64,000 nucleotides of DNA from Natronomonas sp. (GTDB lineage Archaea > Halobacteriota > Halobacteria > Halobacteriales > Haloarculaceae). The position numbers were made by a program, and so were the translations under genes. Below, in pieces: positions 1-10,252 of the stretch (positions are counted from its first letter, which is position 1; each line of letters opens with the position of its first letter). The notes under the pieces are model-generated. The model was not told where the DNA came from, did no database searches, and was given only the letters and a program-made list of their open reading frames with translations. The DNA lies in NCBI RefSeq assembly GCF_046483325.1, contig NZ_JAWODL010000031.1, forward strand, positions 495 to 64,494, read 5' to 3'.

Positions 1-1
1 A

Positions 2-268
2 GGCGAGGCGGTCTACGTCTACGTCATCCTCGAGGACGGCTACGAGGAGGGCGCGGAAATGGAGGCCGCAATCATCGAGGGCGTGGAGGACGCCATCGGC
101 CCGATCGCCCGGCCCGAGGAGGTCATATTCACCCCTGAGCTCCCGAAAACTCGGTCCGGGAAGATCATGCGGCGGCTGTTAGAGGACATCGCAAACGGCG
201 ACGAACTCGGTAACACGAGCACGCTTCGGAACCCCGAGATCGTCGAAGACATCGCGAAGAAACTATAA
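2..268 (+). CDS. acs: Acetyl-CoA synthetase, C-terminal part (runs in from window edge)
   Basis: ELPKTRSGKIMRRLL and TSTLRNP motifs; frame open back to base 2. Confidence 0.9.
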   Translation, partial: GEAVYVYVILEDGYEEGAEMEAAIIEGVEDAIGPIARPEEVIFTPELPKTRSGKIMRRLLEDIANGDELGNTSTLRNPEIVEDIAKKL

Positions 269-286
269 CGATAAATTAATATAATA

Positions 287-1726
287 ATGGTTAGTTCAGA
301 TAATAACATGACGGAGAATGACACACAATCGCGACGCGACGTGCTGAAGACCGCTGGCGCCGCCGGGGCGGCCGGTCTCGCCGGTCTCGCCGGTTGCTTG
401 GAAGGGGAAGGGAACGGTAACGGCAACGGTGGCAACGGCAACGGCAACGGTGGCAACGGCAACGGCAACGGCAACGGAAACGGGGGCGGCGATGACTATC
501 CGTCACTCGGCAACTACCCGATCGAGGGCGACACCGCCGTGCTCGGATTCAACGTCCCCCAGACCGGCCCATACCAGGAGGAGGGTGCCGACGAACTCCG
601 CGCGTACGAGCTCGCTGCGGACCACCTCAACAACGGCGGCGGCTGGGTCGACATGTGGGAAGACCTCTCCGGTGACGGCGTTAACGGCTACGAGATCGAC
701 TACGTGACCGGCGATACGGCGACCGATGCCGACACCGCCCGCGAGTCCGCCTCCCGGATGATCCAGCGGGACAACGTCATCATGTTCAGCGGCGGCTCCT
801 CGAGCGCAACCGCGGTCGCCCAACAGGGTCTCGGACAGCGCGAGCGGGTCATCTTTATGTGCTGTCTGACCCACTCGAACGACACCACTGGTCAGGACTG
901 TGTGCGATATGGTTTCCGGGAGATGTTCAACGCGTACATGACCGGCCAGGCGCTCGCCCCGATCGTCGTCGAGGAGTACGGCGATGGGCTGGAGTTCTAT
1001 CAGCTCTACGCCGACTACACCTGGGGCCAGACCCAAGAGGAGTCGATGCGGGAGTTCTTCGAGGCCGAGGGCTGGAGTGAAGTCGAGAGCGTCCCGACGC
1101 CGCTGGGGAGCGACGACTACTCGACGTTCCTCAGTGAGGCGGCTGACTCCGATGCGGAGGTACTCTTCTTGAACCACTACGGGCTGGACCTCGCGAACTC
1201 GCTCTCGCAGGCGGTCGACGCGGGGATCGACGATGAGATGGAGATTGTCGTCCCGTTGTACAACGAGCCAATGGCCGAGGCCGCCGGTGACGCGATCGAT
1301 GGCATCTACGGCAGCGCGGATTGGTCCTCACAGCTCGAAGACGAGTACACGAACGCGCTCGTCGAGGCGTTCGAGGACGAATACGATGAGACACCGAGTT
1401 ACGCGGCCCGGCTCGCGTACACGGCGACGATGTTGTATGCCGCCGCCGTCGAACGTGCCGGCACCTTCTACCCGCCCGAGGTCATCCGCGAACTCGAGGA
1501 TTACGAGTACGACAACGCCGGTCTCGGCGAGGAGATCATGCGCGAGTGCGATCACCAAGCGATGCGGGACATCCTCGTCGTCCAAGGGAACGACACCGCG
1601 ACGCAGGAGGAAACCGGCAACCTCTGGGAGGTCGTCGAGCAGTCGGCGTATCCCGATGACGTCGGGTACGAGTGTGACGAGGGGCCTGCTGCGGAGTGTG
1701 AGCTCCCCGAATACGGCGACGAGTAA
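287..1726 (+). CDS. Liv-type ABC substrate-binding lipoprotein (Tat signal)
   Basis: SRRDVLK twin-arginine, LAGC lipobox, GN linker, periplasmic-binding-protein-like body; heads an ABC operon; start may be 308 (MTEND). Confidence 0.9.
   Translation: MVSSDNNMTENDTQSRRDVLKTAGAAGAAGLAGLAGCLEGEGNGNGNGGNGNGNGGNGNGNGNGNGGGDDYPSLGNYPIEGDTAVLGFNVPQTGPYQEEGADELRAYELAADHLNNGGGWVDMWEDLSGDGVNGYEIDYVTGDTATDADTARESASRMIQRDNVIMFSGGSSSATAVAQQGLGQRERVIFMCCLTHSNDTTGQDCVRYGFREMFNAYMTGQALAPIVVEEYGDGLEFYQLYADYTWGQTQEESMREFFEAEGWSEVESVPTPLGSDDYSTFLSEAADSDAEVLFLNHYGLDLANSLSQAVDAGIDDEMEIVVPLYNEPMAEAAGDAIDGIYGSADWSSQLEDEYTNALVEAFEDEYDETPSYAARLAYTATMLYAAAVERAGTFYPPEVIRELEDYEYDNAGLGEEIMRECDHQAMRDILVVQGNDTATQEETGNLWEVVEQSAYPDDVGYECDEGPAAECELPEYGDE
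410..490 (+). repeat. (AACGGC)n-type tandem repeat encoding a Gly-Asn linker
   Basis: Visible ggcaacggt/ggcaacggc/aacggc iterations. Confidence 0.85.
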
Positions 1727-1809
1727 TCCACGCGCCGAACCGTCGATCGCCCTATCCTTATTTAATAAAGACACATGCACATCAACAATCACAACACGGA
1801 GGTAGTTCA

Positions 1810-2745
1810 GTGAGCGTTCTCGCATCGCTCGTTAGTTTCATCATCCAGACGTTCGCCGTTTCGTCGATCTATATATTGGTCGCGATCGGCCTCTCGATCA
1901 CGCTCGGGACGTTAAAGTTCGTGAACTTCGCCCACGCAGCACTGTATCTGGTGGGCGTCTATCTCGGTCTCCTCGTCGCACTGCAGGTCCGGTTTTCCGG
2001 CGATATCGCACGAAGTCTCGGCATCGAGAGTTTCGGGCTCGAATGGGGCTTTCTGGCCGCGCTCATCATCGTCCCGATCATCGCGTTCGGTATCGGGTTG
2101 CTTATGGAGCGATATCTGGCGCGGCCGTTCTACGATCGCCCCGACACCGACCAGATCTTGGTCACGTTCGGCGCGTTGTTGATCGTCCAGGAGTTGATCC
2201 GGGCGATCGTCGGTGGCCGATCGATCAACTTCTCGCGTCCGGAGTGGGCGGCCGGCGCAATAAGTCTCGGGCCGCTCGGTTCCGTGGCACGCTGGCGACT
2301 CTCCATTATCGCAATCACGGCGGTCCTGGTCTTGGCGGTGTACCTGTATATCGAGTACACTGACGTCGGACTCGCCGTCCGGGCCGGTACGGAAGACACT
2401 GAAATGCTAAACCTGCTTGGCGTCCGGGCGACTCGCCCGTTTTTGGTCATTTTCGGGATCGGTTCCGGACTGGCCGGTGCTGCGGGCGTCGTTGGTGGAC
2501 CGGTCTTCAGCGTCGTGCCGGAGATCGGCGTCGGTGTGCTCGTTCCCGCGTTCCTCGTCGTCGTCGTCGGTGGTGTCGGTAGTATCGTCGGGTCAGTGGT
2601 CGGTGGACTCCTGATCGGGGCCGTCGAGGTCGGCTTGCAGATGAACTTCCCGACGTGGTCGTCGGTCGGCATCTACGTTCTGGCAGCGATCGTGCTGCTC
2701 GTTCGGCCGGCCGGCCTCCTCGGCACAGTGGAGGTGGGAGAATGA
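1810..2745 (+). CDS. livH: Branched-chain amino acid-type ABC permease
   Basis: NFAHAALY motif, hydrophobic helices, GGVGSI.G C-terminal motif; GTG start. Confidence 0.88.
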   Translation: MSVLASLVSFIIQTFAVSSIYILVAIGLSITLGTLKFVNFAHAALYLVGVYLGLLVALQVRFSGDIARSLGIESFGLEWGFLAALIIVPIIAFGIGLLMERYLARPFYDRPDTDQILVTFGALLIVQELIRAIVGGRSINFSRPEWAAGAISLGPLGSVARWRLSIIAITAVLVLAVYLYIEYTDVGLAVRAGTEDTEMLNLLGVRATRPFLVIFGIGSGLAGAAGVVGGPVFSVVPEIGVGVLVPAFLVVVVGGVGSIVGSVVGGLLIGAVEVGLQMNFPTWSSVGIYVLAAIVLLVRPAGLLGTVEVGE

Positions 2746-3827
2746 GTGAAGAAACCAAGTCAGTCGGCGCGACCGAAACCGCCGATTCGGAGGACTTCTT
2801 CGATCGGTGGGACCGCTTCCGGGAGCGGGAGTCGTTCTCGATCCTCGGTGCGATCGCGTTCGTGATAGTCTTCCCGATGATCTTCACGAATCTGCCGGCC
2901 TACAGCGGTTACATGTCCCTCGTCGAGTTGATCTACATCTGGGCGATCTTCGCGATCGGGTTCGACCTCCTCTTGGGATACACCGGATTGCTGTCGTTCG
3001 GGCACGCGGCGTTCTGGGGAGCCAGCGCGTACGCCGCTGGGATCTTCAGCGCCAACTTCTACGGCGAGCCGCTTCTCATGGTGCTCGTCGCTACGGTCGT
3101 CGCGGTCCTCCTCGCGCTCATCCTCGGGTTCCTCTCGTTGCGCCGCGGCGGAATATACTTCGCTATCCTCACGCTGGCGTTCGGACAGATGTTCTACTAT
3201 CTCGCTCTCGGCCCGTTGGAACCGCTCACTCGCGGTGAAGACGGCTTTACCGGCGTCAGCGTCGAACCGCTGCTCGGAGCGTTGGAGCTCGGTCGAGGAT
3301 TCGCCGGCGTGCTTGGCACTCTGCTCCACGACATCGGCTACGTGTTCTACGCCGGGTTCTTCATCTTGGCAATCGTGGTTGCTGTCCGGATCGTCCGGTC
3401 GCCCTACGGGGCTATTTTCGAAGCCATCCACCAAAACGAACAACGCGTCAATTTCCTCGGACTCAACGTCTGGCGGTACAAACTCGCCGCGTTCACTATC
3501 TCGGGTGCCTTCGCCGGCGTCGCGGGCGGACTCCACACCGTCCACGCGACGTACGTCGCGGTCGACTCGCTGTACTGGATCACGAGCGGTGACATCGTGA
3601 TCATGACCGTCCTCGGCGGCGTCGGGTCGATCTTCGGACCGGTTACGGGCGTGATTGCGTTCCTGTACGTCGAGAACATCGTCTCCGGCGAGATCGCCTT
3701 CTGGCTGCTCGTCCTCGGTGTGTTGTTCGTGACCGTCGTCTGGCTGTTCCCCGCCGGAATCTGGGGAATCGTCACCGACGTTCGGTCGGCCGTTCGAAAC
3801 GTGTTCGATTCGGAGAGTGATTCTTGA
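2742..3827 (+). CDS. livM: Branched-chain amino acid-type ABC permease
   Basis: GYTGLLSFGHAAFWG and YFAILTLAF motifs; ATG overlaps the livH stop (ATGA). Confidence 0.88.
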   Translation: MSEETKSVGATETADSEDFFDRWDRFRERESFSILGAIAFVIVFPMIFTNLPAYSGYMSLVELIYIWAIFAIGFDLLLGYTGLLSFGHAAFWGASAYAAGIFSANFYGEPLLMVLVATVVAVLLALILGFLSLRRGGIYFAILTLAFGQMFYYLALGPLEPLTRGEDGFTGVSVEPLLGALELGRGFAGVLGTLLHDIGYVFYAGFFILAIVVAVRIVRSPYGAIFEAIHQNEQRVNFLGLNVWRYKLAAFTISGAFAGVAGGLHTVHATYVAVDSLYWITSGDIVIMTVLGGVGSIFGPVTGVIAFLYVENIVSGEIAFWLLVLGVLFVTVVWLFPAGIWGIVTDVRSAVRNVFDSESDS

Positions 3828-4582
3828 TGCTGTTAGAAACGAAAGATCTCACGAAAAAGTTCGGTGAACTCACTGCGGTCGACGAAGTAGATCTTCAGAT
3901 CGAGGAGGGCGAGTCGCTGAGCATTATCGGCCCCAACGGGGCCGGCAAGTCGACTACGGTGAATCTGATCACGGGTCTGTTGAATCCGTCGGAAGGGAAA
4001 GTGCTCTTCCGCGGCAACGACATCACCGGCAAGGAGCCCCACAGCATCGTCCAACTGGGACTGAGCAAATCCTTCCAGACGGCCTCGATCTTCCCGGAAC
4101 TGACCGTTCAGCGCAATGCGACCGTCGCGGCACTCGGCGCAGAACACGGGTCGTTCAGCCTGAACTTCCTCCGACGACTCGTCGATTACGACGACGTCAC
4201 GGAGCGGGCCGAGGAGACGCTTCGGGACATGGGGCTGTACGAACAGCGCGGCATTCCAGCCGAATCGCTCCCCTACGGTGACAAGCGACGGCTCGAAATG
4301 GCCCTGGCGCTGGCGAGCGATCCCGACCTGCTCTTTCTCGACGAGCCGACGGCCGGGATGTCACCTGACGAGACCGACGACACCGTCGACCTCATAGAGC
4401 GGATCAAGGAAGAACGTGGCGTCACCATCGTCCTCATCGAACACGACATGGAGATAATCTTCCGCGTCTCCGACCGTATTGCGGTCCTCAACCGCGGCGC
4501 GAAGATCGCCGACGGGACGCCCGACGAGATTCGGAACGATCCGGAGGTCCAGGATGCGTACCTGGGAGGGGTCGAGCTATGA
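3827..4582 (+). CDS. livG: ABC ATP-binding protein
   Basis: GPNGAGKST Walker A, LPYGDKRRLE signature, LFLDEPTAG. Confidence 0.92.
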   Translation: MLLETKDLTKKFGELTAVDEVDLQIEEGESLSIIGPNGAGKSTTVNLITGLLNPSEGKVLFRGNDITGKEPHSIVQLGLSKSFQTASIFPELTVQRNATVAALGAEHGSFSLNFLRRLVDYDDVTERAEETLRDMGLYEQRGIPAESLPYGDKRRLEMALALASDPDLLFLDEPTAGMSPDETDDTVDLIERIKEERGVTIVLIEHDMEIIFRVSDRIAVLNRGAKIADGTPDEIRNDPEVQDAYLGGVEL

Positions 4583-5322
4583 GCCTCCTCGAACTCGACG
4601 GCGTGAGCTCCTACTACGGGGAGAGTCACATCCTTCGGGACGTGACGATGACCGTCGAGGAGGGGCAGATCATCGCCTTACTCGGCCGCAACGGGGCCGG
4701 TAAGACGACAACGCTCAGGAGCATCACCGGTGCTCGTCCGCCGAACGTTCGAAGCGGATCGATCCGCTTCGACGGCACGGATATCACCGGTAAACGGCCG
4801 GAGGACATCTCCGCGCTGGGTCTCTCGTTGGTCCCGGAGGAGCGTCGGATGTTCTCGAACCTCACGGTCAGCGAGAACCTCCACGTTCCGGATATCTCCC
4901 GCAACCTGCTGAATCGGATCGGTCGTCCCGCGGAGACCGGGAAAACCGGAATCACTGACGAGGAGGTCTACGAGCAGTTCCCCCGTCTCGACGAGCGACG
5001 CAACCAGAAGGCTGGGACGCTCTCCGGCGGCGAACAGCAGATGCTCGCCATCGCCCGGACGCTCAAACAGGACACGGAACTGCTCATGCTGGACGAACCG
5101 TCGGAGGGACTAGCCCCGCAGATCGTCCAGGATGTGCTCAACATCATCCAGCGGATCGCCGATCAGGGGAAGACTATTCTGTTGGTCGAGCAAAACGCCG
5201 TCGCAGCGATGAAACTGGCCGACTACTGCTACGTTCTCGATCAGGGTGCCATCGTCTTCGAAGGACCGTCCGAGGAGCTTCAAGCGAACGAGGAAGTCAG
5301 ACAGGAGTACCTCGGCGTATGA
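4579..5322 (+). CDS. livF: ABC ATP-binding protein
   Basis: GRNGAGKTT, LSGGEQQML, LMLDEPSEG, LLVEQN. Confidence 0.92.
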   Translation: MSLLELDGVSSYYGESHILRDVTMTVEEGQIIALLGRNGAGKTTTLRSITGARPPNVRSGSIRFDGTDITGKRPEDISALGLSLVPEERRMFSNLTVSENLHVPDISRNLLNRIGRPAETGKTGITDEEVYEQFPRLDERRNQKAGTLSGGEQQMLAIARTLKQDTELLMLDEPSEGLAPQIVQDVLNIIQRIADQGKTILLVEQNAVAAMKLADYCYVLDQGAIVFEGPSEELQANEEVRQEYLGV

Positions 5323-6020
5323 ACGGCGAAGCCGACGCCGTGTCCGGACAGAACTCCCCCGAAGAACGGCTCGAGATCCTCGAAGACGAGGGTGTCGTCA
5401 CGATCGACGATGAGGACGTGGTCACGCTCACGATGGAGTTCGAATCCACCCGCGGGATCTACCACGATTCGTACGCCGACGTCGAGGAGGCCGAATACCA
5501 CAAAGCGGTTTCGGACGTCTTCGGAATCGATCCCGGGGACGCGGGTGAGCGACTCGACGACCTCGGGGTCACGCGCGAGCAGTTCATCGCGTTGCTCGCG
5601 TTGAACTCCCACGTCGACGGCGAGTATCCACTCATCGAGCGCGCTCACATGGCGATGATGATCACCGGTCTAGCGCCGCCATCCCCCGTCCCCGGGTCGG
5701 TTGCCGAACTCGACGACGACTCCTACGGGACGTTCCTCGACGAACACGACCGGGTCGCGGTCACGGTCTGGAAGCGCTTCTGTGCTCCTTGTCGGAAGAT
5801 GAAAGAGGAACTCGACGGGACCCTTGCGGCGTTCCCGGACGACGTCGCCGTCGCGGGCGTGGACGGTGAGTCGACGCCGGGTTTCTGTCGGACGTTCGGC
5901 GTCGAGGCAGCGCCCTCGGTGTTGCTCTTCGAGGACGGCGAACTGGTCGAAACGCTTCGTGGGTACCAGCGCCCCGAAACGATCGAATCGGTCTGCGCGG
6001 AAGTCTACGACGACCGATAG
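5319..6020 (+). CDS. Thioredoxin-domain protein with N-terminal acidic domain
   Basis: WKRFCAPC CxxC motif and AAPSVLLFEDGE cis-Pro region; overlaps the livF stop. Confidence 0.75.
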   Translation: MNGEADAVSGQNSPEERLEILEDEGVVTIDDEDVVTLTMEFESTRGIYHDSYADVEEAEYHKAVSDVFGIDPGDAGERLDDLGVTREQFIALLALNSHVDGEYPLIERAHMAMMITGLAPPSPVPGSVAELDDDSYGTFLDEHDRVAVTVWKRFCAPCRKMKEELDGTLAAFPDDVAVAGVDGESTPGFCRTFGVEAAPSVLLFEDGELVETLRGYQRPETIESVCAEVYDDR

Positions 6021-6040
6021 CGCGTCGTTCTTTTGCCTGT

Positions 6041-6850
6041 TCAGGCGTTGGGCCACTCGTCGGCGTCGAGCGGATCGCCGTTCAAGAACGCCTCGATACC
6101 GACGCTCGCGTCGGCCGTCGTGCAAAGCGCCGCGAACTGCTCGTTCGAGTGCTCGAGCGCGTCCGTGTACCCCAGTCCTTCCATCTCGTAGTACGCCTTC
6201 TTGCCGCGGCGTATCGCGGTCGGGCTCTTCGACGCGATCGTTTCGGCGTACTCCATGGCCGCCTCGACGTGGCCGTCGGCCGACGCAACGCGGTTTATCA
6301 GTCCCCACTCGTGGGCCGTTTCCGCGTCGATCAACTCACCGGTCAAGAGTAGCTCCAGACACCGTTTCCGCACCACGGCGTCCATGAGCGGCACCGCAGG
6401 GCCCATACAGAAGAGGCCGACCTTCGGTGCGGTCGCGCCGAACATAGTCCCATCCGCGGCGACGGCGAGGTCGCAGGCCGCGACGAGCCCCAACCCGTTC
6501 GCGGCGGCGTGCCCGTGTGCGGCGGCGATCACCGGCGTGCCCATCTCGGTGATGGTCACGAACGGTTCCTCCATGCCGGCGACCCACTCCTCGTACGCCG
6601 TCTCGTCGTCGAACTGTGCGTGTTCGGTGAGATCGATGCCGGCGGAGAACGCGCTTCCCGCACCGTCGACGACGATCGCTCGGATCTCGGCGTCCGCTTC
6701 GAGACGGTGGAGCGCCGAATCGAGTTCGGCGGCGAGCCCCGTACTGAACGTGTTCATCGCTTCGGGGCGATCGAGCGTGATCCGTCCGACGTATCCATCG
6801 GTGTCGGTGACAACGGCGTTCTCGTCGTCTCGACTGTCACTATCTGCCAT
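6041..6850 (-). CDS. Enoyl-CoA hydratase/isomerase family protein
   Basis: RITLDRPEAMN, FSAGIDL, P(V)IAAAHG, ELLLTGELIDAE. Confidence 0.88.
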   Translation of the reverse strand: MADSDSRDDENAVVTDTDGYVGRITLDRPEAMNTFSTGLAAELDSALHRLEADAEIRAIVVDGAGSAFSAGIDLTEHAQFDDETAYEEWVAGMEEPFVTITEMGTPVIAAAHGHAAANGLGLVAACDLAVAADGTMFGATAPKVGLFCMGPAVPLMDAVVRKRCLELLLTGELIDAETAHEWGLINRVASADGHVEAAMEYAETIASKSPTAIRRGKKAYYEMEGLGYTDALEHSNEQFAALCTTADASVGIEAFLNGDPLDADEWPNA

Positions 6851-6989
6851 GAAAGAGGACACGGGAGGTTCGCACAAAAAGATTCGCTGTGGCGGTCCCA
6901 TCCGTCGTTCCAAGTGTCGTAGTCGGTGTATTAGCTGACATTAATGGTGAATGTTCAAGTACCATCGCCGTGCATATCTCACGTGTATT

Positions 6990-8585
6990 ATGAAGCGTGA
7001 AATGCTCACGACCGATTTCCTCGATCGGGCGGTCGATCTCTACGACGACGTGACCGGGATCATCGCTCACGACGGCACAGAATACACCTACGCCGAGGTC
7101 AACGCCCGCGTCAACCGACTGGCGAACGTCCTCTCTGAACGGGGGATCGACCAGGGCGACAAGGTCGCGCTCCTCGCGCCGAACACGCACTACTTCATCG
7201 AGACCCTCTACGCGACGAACAAACTCGGCGCGGTGTTCGTGCCGATGAACTACCGGCTCACGCCCGGCGAGTTGGAATACATCCTCAACGACTGCGACGC
7301 CGATCTGGTGATCTCGGACTACGACTACGCCGGGAACATCGAGCCGATCCGGGATTCGGTCCCTGCCGAGCATTTTGTCGGCTACGAAACCGACAAGATC
7401 GACGGCGAGTGGGACGATTACGAGGACCTGCTGGCCGATTCGTCGCCCGACGAACCGGATCGACCCGATATCTCCGAGGACGACGACGGCAGCATCAACT
7501 ACACGTCGGGGACCACGGGCGACCCGAAGGGTGTCGTCCGAACCCACCGGACGGAACACTGGCACGCGCTGGTACTCAACCAGCACATGGAGATCCGCGA
7601 CGACGACAACTACCTCTGGACGCTGCCGATGTTCCACTGCAACGGCTGGGGACACACGTATGCGATCACCGGTACCGGCGGCACGCACGTCTGTCAGCGG
7701 ACCTTTGACGCCCAGGACACCTTCGAGCGCGTCCGCGAGTACGACGTCAGCTTCATGTGCGGTGCGCCGACGGTGCTCAACAACCTCATCCAGTACTACG
7801 AGAACAACGACGTGGTGACGACGGGAGACCGCGACGTGCGCATCGCGACCGCCGGGAGCGCCCCGGCGACCGCGACGATCGAGGCGATCGAGGACGAGTT
7901 CGGCTGGCGTATCATCCACATCTACGGCCTCACGGAGACCGCCCCGATTATCACGACCAGCAACTCCCCGCGCAGGCTGGCCGAACGCGGTCGAAATCTC
8001 AAGGTCAATCAGGGAAGCGAAGCCCTCTGTACGGACGTTCGCGTCGTCGACGAGGACGGCAACGACGTCCCCGCCGACGGCATGACGATCGGCGAAATCG
8101 TCGTGCGAGGCAACCAGGTGATGGACCGATACCTCAACAAGCCCGAGATCACCCACGAGGCGTTCAACGAACGTATCGAGGGGTACTTCCACACCGGCGA
8201 TCTCGCGACCATCGACGAGGACGGAATGGTCTCGATCCAGGATCGAAAGAAGGATATCATCATCTCCGGCGGTGAGAACATCTCCTCGATCGAGGTCGAG
8301 GACGCCCTCTACGACCACCCCGGCATCCTGAAGGCCGCGGTCATCCCGGTCCCGAGCGAAAAGTGGGGCGAGACGCCGAAGGCGCTCGTCGTCGAACAAC
8401 CCGACGCCGACCTCACCGAGGAGGAGGTCATCTCGTTCGTCAAGGACAACCTGGCGAGCTACAAGGCCCCGACGAGCGTCGAGTTCGTCGAGGACTTCCC
8501 GGAGACGGCGACCGGGAAGGTACAAAAGTACGAGATCCGCTCGGAGTACTGGGACAGCGAAGAGCGGATGGTCGGCCAGGAGTAA
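6990..8585 (+). CDS. Long-chain fatty-acid--CoA ligase (AMP-binding)
   Basis: YTSGTTGDPKG, YGLTET, FHTGDL, DRKKDIIISGGENI, TATGKVQK. Confidence 0.92.
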   Translation: MKREMLTTDFLDRAVDLYDDVTGIIAHDGTEYTYAEVNARVNRLANVLSERGIDQGDKVALLAPNTHYFIETLYATNKLGAVFVPMNYRLTPGELEYILNDCDADLVISDYDYAGNIEPIRDSVPAEHFVGYETDKIDGEWDDYEDLLADSSPDEPDRPDISEDDDGSINYTSGTTGDPKGVVRTHRTEHWHALVLNQHMEIRDDDNYLWTLPMFHCNGWGHTYAITGTGGTHVCQRTFDAQDTFERVREYDVSFMCGAPTVLNNLIQYYENNDVVTTGDRDVRIATAGSAPATATIEAIEDEFGWRIIHIYGLTETAPIITTSNSPRRLAERGRNLKVNQGSEALCTDVRVVDEDGNDVPADGMTIGEIVVRGNQVMDRYLNKPEITHEAFNERIEGYFHTGDLATIDEDGMVSIQDRKKDIIISGGENISSIEVEDALYDHPGILKAAVIPVPSEKWGETPKALVVEQPDADLTEEEVISFVKDNLASYKAPTSVEFVEDFPETATGKVQKYEIRSEYWDSEERMVGQE

Positions 8586-8601
8586 TCGCGTCGCGTCCGA
8601 G

Positions 8602-9267
8602 TCAGTACTCGGTACCCTTCCTGGCGCGTTGTCCGGCGTCGATCGGATGCTTTTCTTTGCGAACGTTCGTGACGAGATCTGCGTGCTCGATGAGGTATTC
8701 CGGTCTCCTATGGCTTCCCGAGAGGACGAGTTCGAGGCCGTCCGGTTTCGTCTCGACCAACTCGACAACCGTCGCCGGATCGACGAGCTCCCTGTCGGCC
8801 GCGTAGAGTATCTCGTCGAGTACGAGCATGTGGACGCCGGCCTCGGGATCGCCGTCGAGATCGAACGGCGTCGAGAGATCCGCGTCAGCCGCGGCCTCAA
8901 CGAGTTCGCGGGCTCGCTCGAAGCCCGCTTCGGCTTGGCTCTCGTGATCGCGTTCCTCGCTGCCGTCGTTCATCGCGTGCCAGCCGTAGTGGCCGCGGTT
9001 CTCGTATGTGAGGCCGGGCATCGCGGCGATGGCGTTGTACTCGCCGCGGACGTCCTCGACGCTGTCCGCGCCGCCTTTCATGAACTGGAGGACGTGGACG
9101 CGATAGCCGTGACCCGCCGCCCGAAACGCCATCCCGAGCGTCGCCGTCGTCTTGCCCTTTCCGTCGCCCCACCACACCTGCGTGAGGCCGAACTCCTCGG
9201 GGGCCGCCGGTCCGATCGTACGCGCCTCGGGTTTTCGTCCCCGTCCCGGCGTGTTTCGCTGGGTCAT
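8602..9267 (-). CDS. cobA: Cob(I)yrinic acid a,c-diamide adenosyltransferase
   Basis: GDGKGKTTATLG P-loop, QFMKG, LDEI, LVLSG, KHPIDAG motifs. Confidence 0.88.
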   Translation of the reverse strand: MTQRNTPGRGRKPEARTIGPAAPEEFGLTQVWWGDGKGKTTATLGMAFRAAGHGYRVHVLQFMKGGADSVEDVRGEYNAIAAMPGLTYENRGHYGWHAMNDGSEERDHESQAEAGFERARELVEAAADADLSTPFDLDGDPEAGVHMLVLDEILYAADRELVDPATVVELVETKPDGLELVLSGSHRRPEYLIEHADLVTNVRKEKHPIDAGQRARKGTEY

Positions 9268-9369
9268 ACCCACCCTTCGTCGTGGTCGAACATCATACCC
9301 ACGGACTCTTCGAGAAGGCGTATCACTCGATCTCCGTGAACATCGACGGTCCGCCCGACGAGTGTCCGA

Positions 9370-9795
9370 CTACTCGGCGAGCGTCGCGCCGAAGTCGTCG
9401 ATCGGGACGACCGAGTAGTCGACCGAGAGGATGTCGCTCGTCGCCCGGATCTTTCCCACGAACGTCGAAATATCTTCAAGGGTTCCCTCGAGGATAAAAA
9501 GCTCCATGCAGTAATGGTCCCCGACGTGGTTGTGGACGTTCGAGACGACCAGCCTCTCGTGGTCGTGACGGATGTGCATCATTCGCTCTTCGGCGCTCGA
9601 CGTCTCGTGGTCGAAGACGACGGTGACGACGCTCATCAGGTCGCGTCCCTCGAGTTTCTTGTCCTCGAACTCGCCGAGCAGGTTTCTGGACGCTTCCCGG
9701 ACGACCTCGCTGCGACCCGTGTAGCCATGCTCTTCGGCGAATTCGTCGAGTCGCTCCAACAGTGAGTCTGGCATCGAAACGCTAACCACGGTCAT
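9370..9795 (-). CDS. nikR: NikR-family ribbon-helix-helix regulator
   Basis: VVSVSMP beta strand, [16 protein letters not shown]....C metal ligands. Confidence 0.85.
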   Translation of the reverse strand: MTVVSVSMPDSLLERLDEFAEEHGYTGRSEVVREASRNLLGEFEDKKLEGRDLMSVVTVVFDHETSSAEERMMHIRHDHERLVVSNVHNHVGDHYCMELFILEGTLEDISTFVGKIRATSDILSVDYSVVPIDDFGATLAE

Positions 9796-9876
9796 GTATT
9801 AACTCAACACATCATTTATATTAAGGATTACGTGTACGTGGCTGCCGCTTCGGCTAACGCTGTGAACACGTCGCGA

Positions 9877-10200
9877 TTACTCGATCCGGCCGAACCGGTA
9901 CGTGACGATCTCGCTCGTTTCGTCCCACTCGAAATCGCCCGGATGAACGCGCTCCATACGCGCCTTGTACGCCTCCAGAGAGGGTGATCCCTCCCGCCGT
10001 GCGTCCTCGTCGGTCAGTTCACCGAGCGTTTGCACGTCGACGGCGGTCACCTCGAACTCGGTGCCGTTCAGATCGAACGTATCGCCCACCTCGGCGTAAC
10101 GGTTCGCCGCCCCGCGGCTCAGTTGTGTCACGTCACCGTCCAACACGGCGCTTTTCACTCGGTCGTTCGGAAGTAGCGCGTCCGCATCTATTTCGACCAT
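9877..10200 (-). CDS. ASCH domain protein
   Basis: GDVTQLSRG, LGELTDEDARREG motif typical of ASCH/PUA-like fold. Confidence 0.75.
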   Translation of the reverse strand: MVEIDADALLPNDRVKSAVLDGDVTQLSRGAANRYAEVGDTFDLNGTEFEVTAVDVQTLGELTDEDARREGSPSLEAYKARMERVHPGDFEWDETSEIVTYRFGRIE

Positions 10201-10252
10201 AGTGGCGGTTGGTGCGCGAGATGCTTAACGACCGGTGACTGTCGGGTCTCTA

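Noticed and set aside
6840-8900. 686-aa minus-strand ORF, and similar long ORFs at 12808-14211, 16551-18350, 60565-62193, 34655-36187
   Set aside because: Antisense shadows of well-supported genes; expected from GC-rich codon bias; no motifs.
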